A stretch of DNA of 64,000 bases from an uncultured Actinomycetes bacterium (GTDB lineage Bacteria; Actinomycetota; Acidimicrobiia; Acidimicrobiales; CADCSY01): NCBI GenBank assembly GCA_963839545.1, contig CAWIVE010000004.1, positions 159,429 through 223,428 of the forward strand, written 5' to 3'. The translations under genes were made by a program, and so were the position numbers. The notes beneath the pieces are model-generated. The model worked only from the letters and a program-made list of their open reading frames with translations. It made no database searches and had not been told where the DNA came from. Positions 52,862 to 61,942 of this stretch are shown in pieces. The first letter of the stretch is position 1. Each line of letters starts with the position of its first letter.

Positions 52862-53673
52862 TCACCGTCGGGGGCAAGCTGTGGCTCGGCGTCGCCGCCT
52901 TCGCCGTCGCCGCCCTGGTGGCGTGGCAGGCCTTCTCGGGCGGCGAGGAGCGGGGCGCCCTGGTCCTGCTCGGGCTGGCCTCCGCGGCGCTCGTCATCGG
53001 GACGCTGCTCGTCTGGGTGCGCGACGGCGACGTGGCCATCGGGTCCGGCGACGAGGAGGGGACGGCGGCGCCCGCGGCGGGCACCTCGGGCCCCCTGCCC
53101 GCCCCGTGGCCCGCCATCGGCGCCCTCGGGGTCGCCGTCACCGTGGTCGGCCTGGCGGCCGGCGGTGCCCTCCTCTACGTCGGCTTCGGGATCGTGGCCA
53201 TCGCCGTCGTCGAGTGGATGGTCCAGGGCTGGGCCGAGCGGGCCACCCCCGATCCGGACGAGAACACCGCCCTGCGGAACCGGATCATGTACCCCATCGA
53301 GATCCCGGTCCTCGGGCTCATCATCGTCGGGCTGGTCCTGCTCGCCTTCTCCCGGGTGCTCCTGGCCCTGCCCAAGGAGGGCTCGACGGTGGCCGCCATC
53401 GCGGTGGCGACCACCATCCTCCTGGTGGCCGTCGTCGTGGCCGCCCGTCCCCGCATCAGCTCGACCGTGCTCACCGTCGTCCTGGTCCTCGGGGCCGTGG
53501 CGCTGCTCGGTGGCGGCGTCGTGGGCGCCGTGGCCGGCGAGCGGGACATCGAGGAGCACGAGACCGAGGAGCAGGAGACCCCGAGGCCCGAGACGCGGCC
53601 CAACACCCAGGACCCCAACCCGGACGCGCCCCCGGAGACGACGGGGGGCACCACCGAGGTGCCGGGCCCGTGA
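52858..53673 (+). CDS. Membrane protein, N-terminal half resembling actinobacterial oxidase subunit 4 (CtaF)
   Basis: TM pair, acidic loop, PAPWP..G.A, then further TM helices; GTGA coupling to the upstream gene. Confidence 0.55.
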   Translation: MITVGGKLWLGVAAFAVAALVAWQAFSGGEERGALVLLGLASAALVIGTLLVWVRDGDVAIGSGDEEGTAAPAAGTSGPLPAPWPAIGALGVAVTVVGLAAGGALLYVGFGIVAIAVVEWMVQGWAERATPDPDENTALRNRIMYPIEIPVLGLIIVGLVLLAFSRVLLALPKEGSTVAAIAVATTILLVAVVVAARPRISSTVLTVVLVLGAVALLGGGVVGAVAGERDIEEHETEEQETPRPETRPNTQDPNPDAPPETTGGTTEVPGP

Positions 53674-53755
53674 CGGCGCGGCCGACTTGGCCCCGCACCC
53701 GGGGCTCGGCCACCCTGGCTCCTGTGTTCGACCGCCACGGACCGGCGGGGGTTCG

Positions 53756-54808
53756 GTGACGCGGCTGGGCCGCGCCCGCACCCGCCGCCTGGGCGGCCTC
53801 GTCGCCGGGCTCGCCCTGCTGGCCACCGCCTGCGCCTCCGACGCGCCCCAGGACACGCTCGACCCCGCCGGGCCCGACGCCCGAACCATCGACAACCTGT
53901 TCGGCCCGGTGATGCTGGCCGCCCTGGTGGTCTTCGTGGTCGTCCAGGCCCTGGTCATCTACGCCGTGCTGAAGTACCGCCGCCGGCCGGGGGACGCCGA
54001 GGGGCTCGACGAGGTGCCGGCCCAGGTGCACGGCAACACCCGCCTCGAGATCGGCTGGACCATCCTCCCGGCCCTGATCCTGGCCGTGGTGGCCATCTTC
54101 ACCGTCCCGGTCATCTTCGACCTCAACGAGGAGCCGAAGGACGCCCTGACCGTCGACGTGGTGGGCCAGAAGTACTGGTGGGCCTACCGCTACCCGGAGC
54201 AGGAGCACATGGACGGCCCGGCCTTCACCACGGCCAACGAGCTCCACATCCCCGCCCGCGAGGAGGTGCTCCTGCGCCTCCGGTCCGAGGACGTGATCCA
54301 CTCGTTCTGGGCCCCGCGCCTCAACGGCAAGCGTGACGTTGTCCCCGGCCGCGAGCAGACGTGGAAGCTGGAGGCGGACGAGGCCGGGGTCTACTCGGGC
54401 CAGTGCGCCGAGTTCTGCGGGACGTCGCACGCCAACATGCGCCTGAAGGTCGTGGCCCACGACCCGCAGGAGTGGCAGGACTGGCTCGACGACCAGCAGC
54501 GGGACGCCGAGGAGCCGACCGAGGAGCTGGCCGCCACCGGCTTCGAGCTGTTCGGGGCGCGCTGCGCCAGCTGCCACCAGGTCGACGGCTCGTACGAGCA
54601 GGTGGCCGAGGAGTCGCCGCCCGCCCCCAACCTGACCCACCTCTTCAGCCGCGACTGCTTCGCCGGCTGCATGTTCGACCTCAACCGCAACGAGCTGGAG
54701 GCCTGGCTGCGGAACCCGCAGCGCAAGGCCGGCTCCCTGATGGTGATCGGTCAGCTGAGCGAGACCGAGATCGACCAGTTGTACGCCTACCTGCGCACGC
54801 TCGAATGA
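53756..54808 (+). CDS. ctaC: Cytochrome c oxidase subunit II with fused cytochrome c (caa3 type), lipoprotein
   Basis: LATAC lipobox, HGNTRLEIGWT, DVIHSFW, CAEFCGTSHANM CuA site, CASCH. Confidence 0.95.
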   Translation: MTRLGRARTRRLGGLVAGLALLATACASDAPQDTLDPAGPDARTIDNLFGPVMLAALVVFVVVQALVIYAVLKYRRRPGDAEGLDEVPAQVHGNTRLEIGWTILPALILAVVAIFTVPVIFDLNEEPKDALTVDVVGQKYWWAYRYPEQEHMDGPAFTTANELHIPAREEVLLRLRSEDVIHSFWAPRLNGKRDVVPGREQTWKLEADEAGVYSGQCAEFCGTSHANMRLKVVAHDPQEWQDWLDDQQRDAEEPTEELAATGFELFGARCASCHQVDGSYEQVAEESPPAPNLTHLFSRDCFAGCMFDLNRNELEAWLRNPQRKAGSLMVIGQLSETEIDQLYAYLRTLE

Positions 54809-54959
54809 GCGTGGGAACGGAGCGCGCCTAGTGGGACGACGAGCTACTCGACGTCGGCAACTCGGCCTTGTCCTCGTCGGAAGAAGCCAGCTGGTTCGGC
54901 CAGAGAAGCCGTTTGGCGACCCCGAGTTGCCGGCGTCGAGTTCGAGGAAGGCCCACTAG

Positions 54960-57092
54960 ATGGCCCTCACCGAGGAGCGACCGCCCCTCGAGCTGACGAC
55001 CGGCGCCGAGCCGGAGGCCCCCGAGCCCCTCGGCGTCTTCGCCCGACCGGTCTCGACCACGGGCTGGAAGTCGTGGCTCACCACGGTCGACCACAAGCGC
55101 ATCGGCATCATGTACGGCGTCAGCGCCATGGCGTTCTTCGCCATCGGCGGCCTGGAGGCGCTGATCATCCGGGCCCAGCTGGCCCAGCCGAACGGCCAGG
55201 TGGTCGACGAGCAGACCTACAACGAGATCTTCACCATGCACGGCACGACCATGGTGTTCCTGGTCATCATGCCGATGCTGGCCGCCTTCGCGAACTACCT
55301 GATCCCCCTCCAGATCGGGGCCCGCGACGTCGCCTTCCCCCGGCTGAACGCCTTCAGCTTCTGGTGCTTCATCTTCGGCGGGCTGTTCCTCTACTCGAGC
55401 TTCCTGCTGGGCGGCGCCCCCGACGGCGGCTGGTTCGCGTACGCCCCCAACACGCTCACGAGCTTCAGCACCAGCCACGGGATGGACTTCTGGTCGCTGG
55501 GCCTGCAGATCACCGGCGTCGCCTCGTTGGTGGGCGCCATCAACCTCATCGTCACCGCCCTCAACATGCGGGCCCCGGGCATGACGCTCCTGCGCATGCC
55601 CGTGTTCACGTGGATGGCGCTGGTGTCGCAGTTCCTGCTGCTCTTCGCCATCCCGGTCATCACGGTGGCGCTGTTCCTGCTGATGTTCGACCGGCAGTTC
55701 GACGCCAACTTCTTCAACCCGGAGGCGGGGGCCGACCCGCTCCTGTGGCAGCACCTCTTCTGGATCTTCGGCCACCCCGAGGTGTACATCCTCGTGCTGC
55801 CCGCCTTCGGCATCGTGTCGGAGGTCATCCCCGTCTTCGCCCGCAAGCCGCTCTTCGGCTACCCCTTCATGGTCTTCTCCGGGGTGGCGATCGGGTTCAT
55901 GGGTTGGGGCGTGTGGGCCCACCACATGTTCGCCAGCGGCATCGGCCCGGTCTCGGTGGCCGCCTTCTCCCTCTCGACGATGTTCATCGCCGTGCCCACG
56001 GGGGTGAAGATCTTCAACTGGATCGGGACCCTGTGGGGCGGGAAGCTGCGCTTCACCACGGCCATGTGCTTCGCCGTGGCGCTGGTCTCGCAGTTCACCA
56101 TCGGCGGGCTGTCAGGCGTGACCCACGCCGTGTCGCCGGCCGACACCCAGCAGACCGACACCTACTACATCGTCGCCCACTTCCACTACGTGCTCTTCGG
56201 TGGGTCGATGTTCGGGATCTTCGCCGGGATCTACTTCTGGTTCCCGAAGATCTTCGGCCGGCTGCTCGACGAGCGGATCGGCAAGATCCACTTCACCATC
56301 ATGCTCATCGGGTTCAACCTGGCCTTCTTCCCGATGCACATCCTCGGGCTCCAGGGCATGCCCCGGCGCCAGTCCACCTACGCCGAGGGCATGGGCTGGG
56401 ACCTCAACAACCTGCTGGCGTCCGTCGGCGCGTTCCTCGTCGGCGCCTCGTTCCTGGTCTTCGTGTTCAACGTGGTCCGGAGCCGCAACAACGTGACCAG
56501 CGACCCGGACCCGTGGGACGCCCGCACCCTCGAGTGGGCCACCGCCTCGCCGCCACCGGTGCACAACTTCGACATCGAGCCCAGCGTCACCCACCTCGAC
56601 GAGTGGTGGCACCGCAAGTACGCGGAGGACGAGGACGGGAAGCTCCACCGGCGGTCCGACGTGCAGCTGCTCGGCTCCACCACGGCCGCCACCGCCCTGG
56701 ATGCGGAGGGCGACGCCGCCGGCCAGGCCTCGGAGATCCACCTGCCCTCGCCGTCGTACTGGCCGCTGATCGTGGCCCTCTCCCTGCCGGTGATCGGCTA
56801 CGGCGTCATCTACTCGTACTGGCTGGCCGGCGTCGGCGCCCTCATGCTGTTCGGCGGGATCTACGGCTGGGGGCTGGAGCCGTCGGTCGACCCCGGGTCG
56901 GCCCACGGCCACGACCCCGAGCCCCGTCCCGACCCCGAGCCCACCGACGAGGTGGCCACCGACCCCGGGACCGAGGTCGAGGGCTCGACCGAGGCCGGCG
57001 ACGGCGCCGAGGCGGAGGAACCAGCCGGGGAGGCGGAGCCCGAGGCGGAACCCGTCCCCGCAGGGGCCAGCGCCGAGGAGGCGCACTCGTGA
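54960..57092 (+). CDS. ctaD: Cytochrome c oxidase subunit I (A1 type) with C-terminal TM extension
   Basis: MHG, GARDVAFPRLN, GHPEVY, WAHH, PTGVK, AHFHY, GMPRR. Confidence 0.97.
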   Translation: MALTEERPPLELTTGAEPEAPEPLGVFARPVSTTGWKSWLTTVDHKRIGIMYGVSAMAFFAIGGLEALIIRAQLAQPNGQVVDEQTYNEIFTMHGTTMVFLVIMPMLAAFANYLIPLQIGARDVAFPRLNAFSFWCFIFGGLFLYSSFLLGGAPDGGWFAYAPNTLTSFSTSHGMDFWSLGLQITGVASLVGAINLIVTALNMRAPGMTLLRMPVFTWMALVSQFLLLFAIPVITVALFLLMFDRQFDANFFNPEAGADPLLWQHLFWIFGHPEVYILVLPAFGIVSEVIPVFARKPLFGYPFMVFSGVAIGFMGWGVWAHHMFASGIGPVSVAAFSLSTMFIAVPTGVKIFNWIGTLWGGKLRFTTAMCFAVALVSQFTIGGLSGVTHAVSPADTQQTDTYYIVAHFHYVLFGGSMFGIFAGIYFWFPKIFGRLLDERIGKIHFTIMLIGFNLAFFPMHILGLQGMPRRQSTYAEGMGWDLNNLLASVGAFLVGASFLVFVFNVVRSRNNVTSDPDPWDARTLEWATASPPPVHNFDIEPSVTHLDEWWHRKYAEDEDGKLHRRSDVQLLGSTTAATALDAEGDAAGQASEIHLPSPSYWPLIVALSLPVIGYGVIYSYWLAGVGALMLFGGIYGWGLEPSVDPGSAHGHDPEPRPDPEPTDEVATDPGTEVEGSTEAGDGAEAEEPAGEAEPEAEPVPAGASAEEAHS

Positions 57093-57210
57093 GCGAGCTT
57101 GCGAGCGAACAGACAAGTACAGCGCCCTTGCCGGAGCGCCAGCGACGGCTGCTCATCGGTGCCCACGTCGAAGGGACGGTCCGAGGAGTGCACGACCTGA
57201 GGGTCCACCG

Positions 57211-57849
57211 ATGAGCACGACGGTCCACCCCGGTCCGACCGGGCACGGCGAGGTCGTCGAGCCGGCCCCCGCCGACGCCGTCCACCACACCAGCACCGGC
57301 CTCTCGAACGAGAAGCTGGCCATGTGGGTGTTCCTGGGGTCGGAGTGCCTGCTCTTCGGCGGGCTCATCTCGACCTTCCTGCTCTACCGCAACCGCGGCG
57401 TCCGCAACGGCCCCACGGTGGCCGAGCTCTACGACATCCCCTTCACCTCGGTCAGCTCGTTCGTGCTGCTGATGAGCTCGCTGACCATGGTGCTGGCCCT
57501 GTCCGCCACCCAGCGGGGCGACTCGACCCGCTCCCGGATCTGGCTGCTCACCACGGCGCTGCTCGGCACCACGTTCGTGGCCGGCCAGGTCTACGAGTTC
57601 ACGACGTTCGTGAAGGAGGGCCTGGGCTTCACCACCAACCTCCAGAGCTCGGCCTTCTACGTCCTCACCGGCTTCCACGGCGTCCACGTGACCCTCGGGA
57701 TCCTCATCCTGCTGAGCCTCGTGGTCATGTCGCTCCGGGGCGCCCTGCCGGCGGCCCGGGCCGAGACGGTGGAGATCGCCGGCCTCTACTGGCACTTCGT
57801 GGACGTGGTGTGGATCGTGATCTTCACCGTCGTCTACCTGATCCGCTAG
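57211..57849 (+). CDS. ctaE: Cytochrome c oxidase subunit III
   Basis: WVFLGSECLLF, TGFHGVHV, GLYWHFVDVVW. Confidence 0.95.
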   Translation: MSTTVHPGPTGHGEVVEPAPADAVHHTSTGLSNEKLAMWVFLGSECLLFGGLISTFLLYRNRGVRNGPTVAELYDIPFTSVSSFVLLMSSLTMVLALSATQRGDSTRSRIWLLTTALLGTTFVAGQVYEFTTFVKEGLGFTTNLQSSAFYVLTGFHGVHVTLGILILLSLVVMSLRGALPAARAETVEIAGLYWHFVDVVWIVIFTVVYLIR

Positions 57850-57865
57850 GCAGGAGCCCGAGCCC

Positions 57866-58264
57866 ATGAGCCTCCAGGAAGCCGCCGCCGCCGGGGCCGC
57901 CGCCGCCGCCCACGAGGAGACGGTGACGGGGACCGGCCACGCCCATCCGAGCGACCGGTCCTACGTCGGCATCGCCCTGATCCTCGCCCTCATCACCGCC
58001 GCCGAGGTCGTCACCTTCTACCTGGAGGAGGACCTCGGCAGCATCCTCGTCCCCGTGCTGCTGGTGATGATGGTGGTCAAGTTCGCCATGGTGGCGGGCT
58101 GGTTCATGCACCTGCGGTTCGACAGCAACCTCTTCACCCGGCTCTTCGTGTCGGGGCTCGTCCTGGCCGTGTTCGTCTACCTGGGGATGCTGGCCATGTT
58201 CGAGTTCTTCTCGGAGTCGGGCGAGCCCGGACCCGCGGTGCGGGCGGAGGAACCACTCCCGTGA
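57866..58264 (+). CDS. Prokaryotic cytochrome oxidase subunit IV (CyoD/QoxD/Bacillus CtaF type)
   Basis: LALITAAEV, KFAMVAGWFMHLRFD. Confidence 0.88.
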   Translation: MSLQEAAAAGAAAAAHEETVTGTGHAHPSDRSYVGIALILALITAAEVVTFYLEEDLGSILVPVLLVMMVVKFAMVAGWFMHLRFDSNLFTRLFVSGLVLAVFVYLGMLAMFEFFSESGEPGPAVRAEEPLP

Positions 58265-59202
58265 CCGCGGGGCTGCTGGGGGTCGTGACCCGGCCCGATC
58301 CCTGGCGCTGGCAGCCCCACGTCGAGGTCTGGGTCCTCGTCCTCGCCCTCGTGGGCCTGGCTTGGTACGCCACCACGCGGGTCGGTCGCAAGGCCGTCCG
58401 CCCGGGCGAGCCGGTCCTCACCCGCTCGCAGGTGGCGTGGGGCGTCGGTGCCCTCCTCCTGCTGCTGGTGGCCAGCGACTGGCCCGTGCACGACCTGGCC
58501 GAGGAGTACCTCTACAGCGCCCACATGGTCCAGCACCTCCTGCTGTCCTACGTGGTCCCGGCCATGGCGCTGCTGGCCACGCCGACGTGGCTGGCCCGGC
58601 TCGTCGTCGGGAACGGTCGCGGCTACCGGGTGCTCAAGCGGCTGGCCCGCCCCGTCCCGGCGACCATCGTGTTCAACGCGGTGGTGCTGTTCACCCACTG
58701 GCCGGCGGTGGTGACGGCCGCGGTCGACAACGGCCCGCTGCACTACGGGCTGCACGTCCTCCTCGTGGCCGCCGCCCTGCTCATGTGGCTGCCGGTGTGC
58801 GGGCCGCTGCCCGAGCTGCGCTTCCCGCTGCCGACGCAGATGGTGTACCTGTTCGCCCAGTCGATCCTGCCCACCGTGCCGGCGGGCTGGCTGACCTTCG
58901 CCGAGGGGGCCGTCTACCCGTCGTACGACGTGCTGCCGCGGGTGTTCGGCCTGTCCGTCACGGACGACCAGCAGGTGGCCGGGATGCTGATGAAGATCGT
59001 CGGCGGCTTCTACCTCTGGACGGTCATCGCCATCATCTTCATCCGCTTCGCCACCAAGCACATGGACGACGACCGGGCTCGGGGCATGGACCTCGACCGC
59101 CGGGCCCCGGTCACCACCGCTTCGGGCGACGTCCTCACCTGGGAGCAGGTCGAGCGCGAGCTGTCGGCGGCGGGCCCGGCGCCGAAGAGCCCCGCGGACT
59201 AG
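58261..59202 (+). CDS. ctaG: caa3-type oxidase assembly factor CtaG
   Basis: YSAHMVQHLLL, DDQQVAGMLMK. Confidence 0.88.
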   Translation: MTAGLLGVVTRPDPWRWQPHVEVWVLVLALVGLAWYATTRVGRKAVRPGEPVLTRSQVAWGVGALLLLLVASDWPVHDLAEEYLYSAHMVQHLLLSYVVPAMALLATPTWLARLVVGNGRGYRVLKRLARPVPATIVFNAVVLFTHWPAVVTAAVDNGPLHYGLHVLLVAAALLMWLPVCGPLPELRFPLPTQMVYLFAQSILPTVPAGWLTFAEGAVYPSYDVLPRVFGLSVTDDQQVAGMLMKIVGGFYLWTVIAIIFIRFATKHMDDDRARGMDLDRRAPVTTASGDVLTWEQVERELSAAGPAPKSPAD

Positions 59203-59206
59203 GCCC

Positions 59207-59728
59207 GTGCCCGCGTCGCCCCGCTGGCGCTTCCGGCGGGTCGCGCTCCACGAGCTGGCCGCCCTGCTGCCCTGGCTCGTCCTGGTGCTCGTCGCCAACG
59301 TCGTCGTCGGGCGGTGGGCGGGCTTCGCCGTGCTCGGCGTGATCATCGCCGTCTCGATCACCTGGCTGGCGGTGACCGGCTCGAGCCGGGCGCTCCGACG
59401 GGCGGGCCTGGCCTACGTGCGGCTCGGAACCGGCGGCCGACCCGAGCGCTGGCGCCTGGTCCTCTTCCGCCTGACGCCGGCGGTCCTGGTCGTCCCGCTC
59501 CTGATTGCCTCCGCCACCGGGTGGAGCGTCCTGTACGCCTCGGTGGCCGTGTACCTGGCGATGTGGGTCATCGGCCTCCGCCGGGCCGCCCGCCACGGAC
59601 GAGGGCTCGACCCGATGCTGGCGCTGGCCGGGCTCGACGTGGTCTGGTCGGAGGGTCGGCGTGGCGGTAGCGGAACCAGCGGGCCGCCGGCACCGGCGCC
59701 ACCACCGGGGACGACGGCGGGCCCGTGA
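59207..59728 (+). CDS. Membrane protein (RDD-like), paralogue 1
   Basis: TM helices; C-terminal LALAGLDVVW shared with the next gene. Confidence 0.6.
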   Translation: MPASPRWRFRRVALHELAALLPWLVLVLVANVVVGRWAGFAVLGVIIAVSITWLAVTGSSRALRRAGLAYVRLGTGGRPERWRLVLFRLTPAVLVVPLLIASATGWSVLYASVAVYLAMWVIGLRRAARHGRGLDPMLALAGLDVVWSEGRRGGSGTSGPPAPAPPPGTTAGP

Positions 59729-60312
59729 CCGACCCGCGGCCGTGGCCGCCGCAGGCCGTGCTCGACACGCCGCGACGGCGGCTGGTCAAGGCCGGCGGCC
59801 GGGACCTCGTCGTGCTGGTCCTTCCGTTCGTGGCCCTGGCCGCCGTGGCCGGTGTGCTCGTCGGCCGCGTCGTCGCCCTGCCGCTCCTCGCCGTGGCCCT
59901 GCTCGTGCGTCCCGCCGTCCTCGCGGCCACCGGGACGACGCCGGGGCTCCGCCGCCAGCGCATCCGGATCGTGCAGGGAGGGAACCGGCCGGCGCCGTGG
60001 TGGCGGACGTTCCTGTGGCAGGCGGCCTCGTTCCTGGTGCTCCTCCCCGTCGCCTTCCTCCCGGACATGGGTCTGTGGCTGGTCGCGTGGGTCCCGTACG
60101 TCGCCGCCCTCGCGGTCGGCTGGTGGCGTGGACGGGGCACCGACCGGGAGCCGTTCCTGGCCCTCATGGGCCTCGACGTGGCCTGGGCCGAGGGGCCGCC
60201 TACTCCCAGCGGAACCAGCGGGCCGCCAGCACCGGCGCCACCACCGCCCACGCCAGCAGCACCAGCCACGCCCGCCCCGGCACCTCCACCGGAGACGACA
60301 GGGCGGCCGTGA
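59725..60312 (+). CDS. Membrane protein (RDD-like), paralogue 2
   Basis: GTTPG..RIRIV RDD-like motif; LALMGLDVAW. Confidence 0.6.
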   Translation: MTDPRPWPPQAVLDTPRRRLVKAGGRDLVVLVLPFVALAAVAGVLVGRVVALPLLAVALLVRPAVLAATGTTPGLRRQRIRIVQGGNRPAPWWRTFLWQAASFLVLLPVAFLPDMGLWLVAWVPYVAALAVGWWRGRGTDREPFLALMGLDVAWAEGPPTPSGTSGPPAPAPPPPTPAAPATPAPAPPPETTGRP

Positions 60313-60997
60313 TCGCCTCGGTCAGGGCCGCGGTGGGGAGCAGCCGGGCGGCCGCCTCGAGGGCGCCGGGGAGGCGGTCGAGGGGCACCACCATGCCGCC
60401 GAGGAGCAGCAGCACCACGTAGACGCCGTTGGCCGCCGCCAGGGTCACCTCGGCCTTCAGCGTGCCGGCCATGAGCAGCCCGAGCCCGGCGAAGGCCACG
60501 GTGGCGACCAGGGCGGCCAGGACGGCGAGGGCGGGGTTGCCCCCCGGCCGCCAACCGAGGGCGACGGCGACCGCCACCAGCACCATCGCCTGCACCACCT
60601 CGACGGCCAGGACCGACAGGGTCTTGGCCGCCAGCAGCGCCGGGCGGCCGAGCGGCGTCGTGCCCAGCCGGTGCAGCACGCCGTAGGAGCGCTCGAACCC
60701 GGTGGCGATGGCGAGGCCCACGAACGCGGTCGAGAGGACGGCCAGGGCGAGGATCCCCGGGGCCAGGAAGTCCACCGGGTCGTCGACCCCCTCGGGCGCC
60801 GGCAGGACGTCGACGAGCGAGAAGAAGGCGAGGAGGGCCACGGGGATGGCCAGGGTCAGCAGCAGCGACTCGCCCCGCCGGAGGGTCAGGGCCAGCTCGA
60901 CCCGGGTCTGGGCCCGCACCCCCCTCGTTCTGGCCTGCAGAACGCGTCGCTTTGCGGCGCGTTCTGCAGGCCAGAAGGGGGACGGCTCGGTGCTCAC
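60200..60997 (-). CDS. ABC-2 type transporter permease
   Basis: LRRGESLLLT, TGFERSYGVL.RLGTTPL, WFRWE; GTGA coupling to the ATPase. Confidence 0.9.
   Translation of the reverse strand: MSTEPSPFWPAERAAKRRVLQARTRGVRAQTRVELALTLRRGESLLLTLAIPVALLAFFSLVDVLPAPEGVDDPVDFLAPGILALAVLSTAFVGLAIATGFERSYGVLHRLGTTPLGRPALLAAKTLSVLAVEVVQAMVLVAVAVALGWRPGGNPALAVLAALVATVAFAGLGLLMAGTLKAEVTLAAANGVYVVLLLLGGMVVPLDRLPGALEAAARLLPTAALTEAITAALSSPVEVPGRAWLVLLAWAVVAPVLAARWFRWE
60921..60980. repeat. Palindromic REP-like element, family B, copy 2
   Basis: Perfect 19-bp arms TTCTGGCCTGCAGAACGCG (60928-60946) / CGCGTTCTGCAGGCCAGAA (60958-60976). Confidence 0.8.
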
Positions 60998-61900
60998 CGT
61001 CGCTCCTCGCCGGTGAGGCGGAGGAACACGTCCTCGAGGCGGGCCCGCCCGGCCCGCAGGTCGCCGAGGGCGAGGTCGCGCTCGGCCAACCAGGCGGTGA
61101 GGCGGGCCACCGTCGCCGGCGAGGGGGTGGCGTCGACGGCGTACTCGCCCGTGCCGACCTCCCGCACGGCGGCGCCGAGGTGGGCGCCGAGCGCGGCCAC
61201 GTCGAGGCCCGGCGGCGCGGCGAAGCGGATGCCGTCCGCCCCCCCGGTGCGCAGCTCGGTGGGGGAGCCGTCGGCCACCACCGTGCCCCGGTCGAGGATC
61301 ACGATGCGGTCGGCCATGCGCTCGGCGTCGTCGAGCTCGTGGGTGGTGACCAGGACGGCCACGCCCCGGGCCCTGCAGCTCGGCCACGACCTCGCGCACC
61401 ACCGCCCGGCCGCCGACGTCGACGCCGGCGGTGGGCTCGTCCAGGAGGGCCACCGCCGGCCGGCCCACGAGGGCCAGCGCCAGCGACAGGCGCTGCTGCT
61501 CGCCGCCCGACAGGGTGCGCCACGTCGCCCCGGCCCGGTCGGCCAGGCCCACGCGCGCCAGGAGGGCCTCGGGGTCATCGGCCTCGTCGTAGTAGGCGGC
61601 GAACAGGCGCAGGGCCTCGAGGGCCCGGATCCCGGGGTAGACGCCGCCGTCCTGGGGCATCACGCCGACGCGCCGCGCGAGCGCGCCGTGGTCGGCGACC
61701 GGGTCGAGCCCGAGGACCCGGACCCGTCCCCGCTCCGGCCGTCGCTCGCCCACGAGGGCACGCACCGTCGTGGTCTTGCCCGCCCCGTTCGGCCCGAGCA
61801 GGGCCACCACCTCGCCGCCGCCGACCGCCAGCGAGGCGCCGTCCACCGCCGTCGTGGACCCGAGGCGGACGACCAGGTCCTCGACCTCCACCGCGGGCAC
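60994..61900 (-). CDS. ABC transporter ATP-binding protein (frameshift near 61375)
   Basis: GPNGAGKT, LSGGEQQR, LLDEPTAG, TTHELDDAE. Confidence 0.92.
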
Positions 61901-61906
61901 CGGTCG

Positions 61907-61936
61907 ACCGTACCGGCGCGACCCCGCCGGTACGGT
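61907..61936. promoter_or_regulatory. Back-to-back -10 hexamers (TACGGT) for leaderless ABC ATPase and serS
   Basis: ACCGTA at 61907-61912 and TACGGT at 61931-61936, each 6 nt from a start codon. Confidence 0.55.
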
Positions 61937-61942
61937 GCCGGG

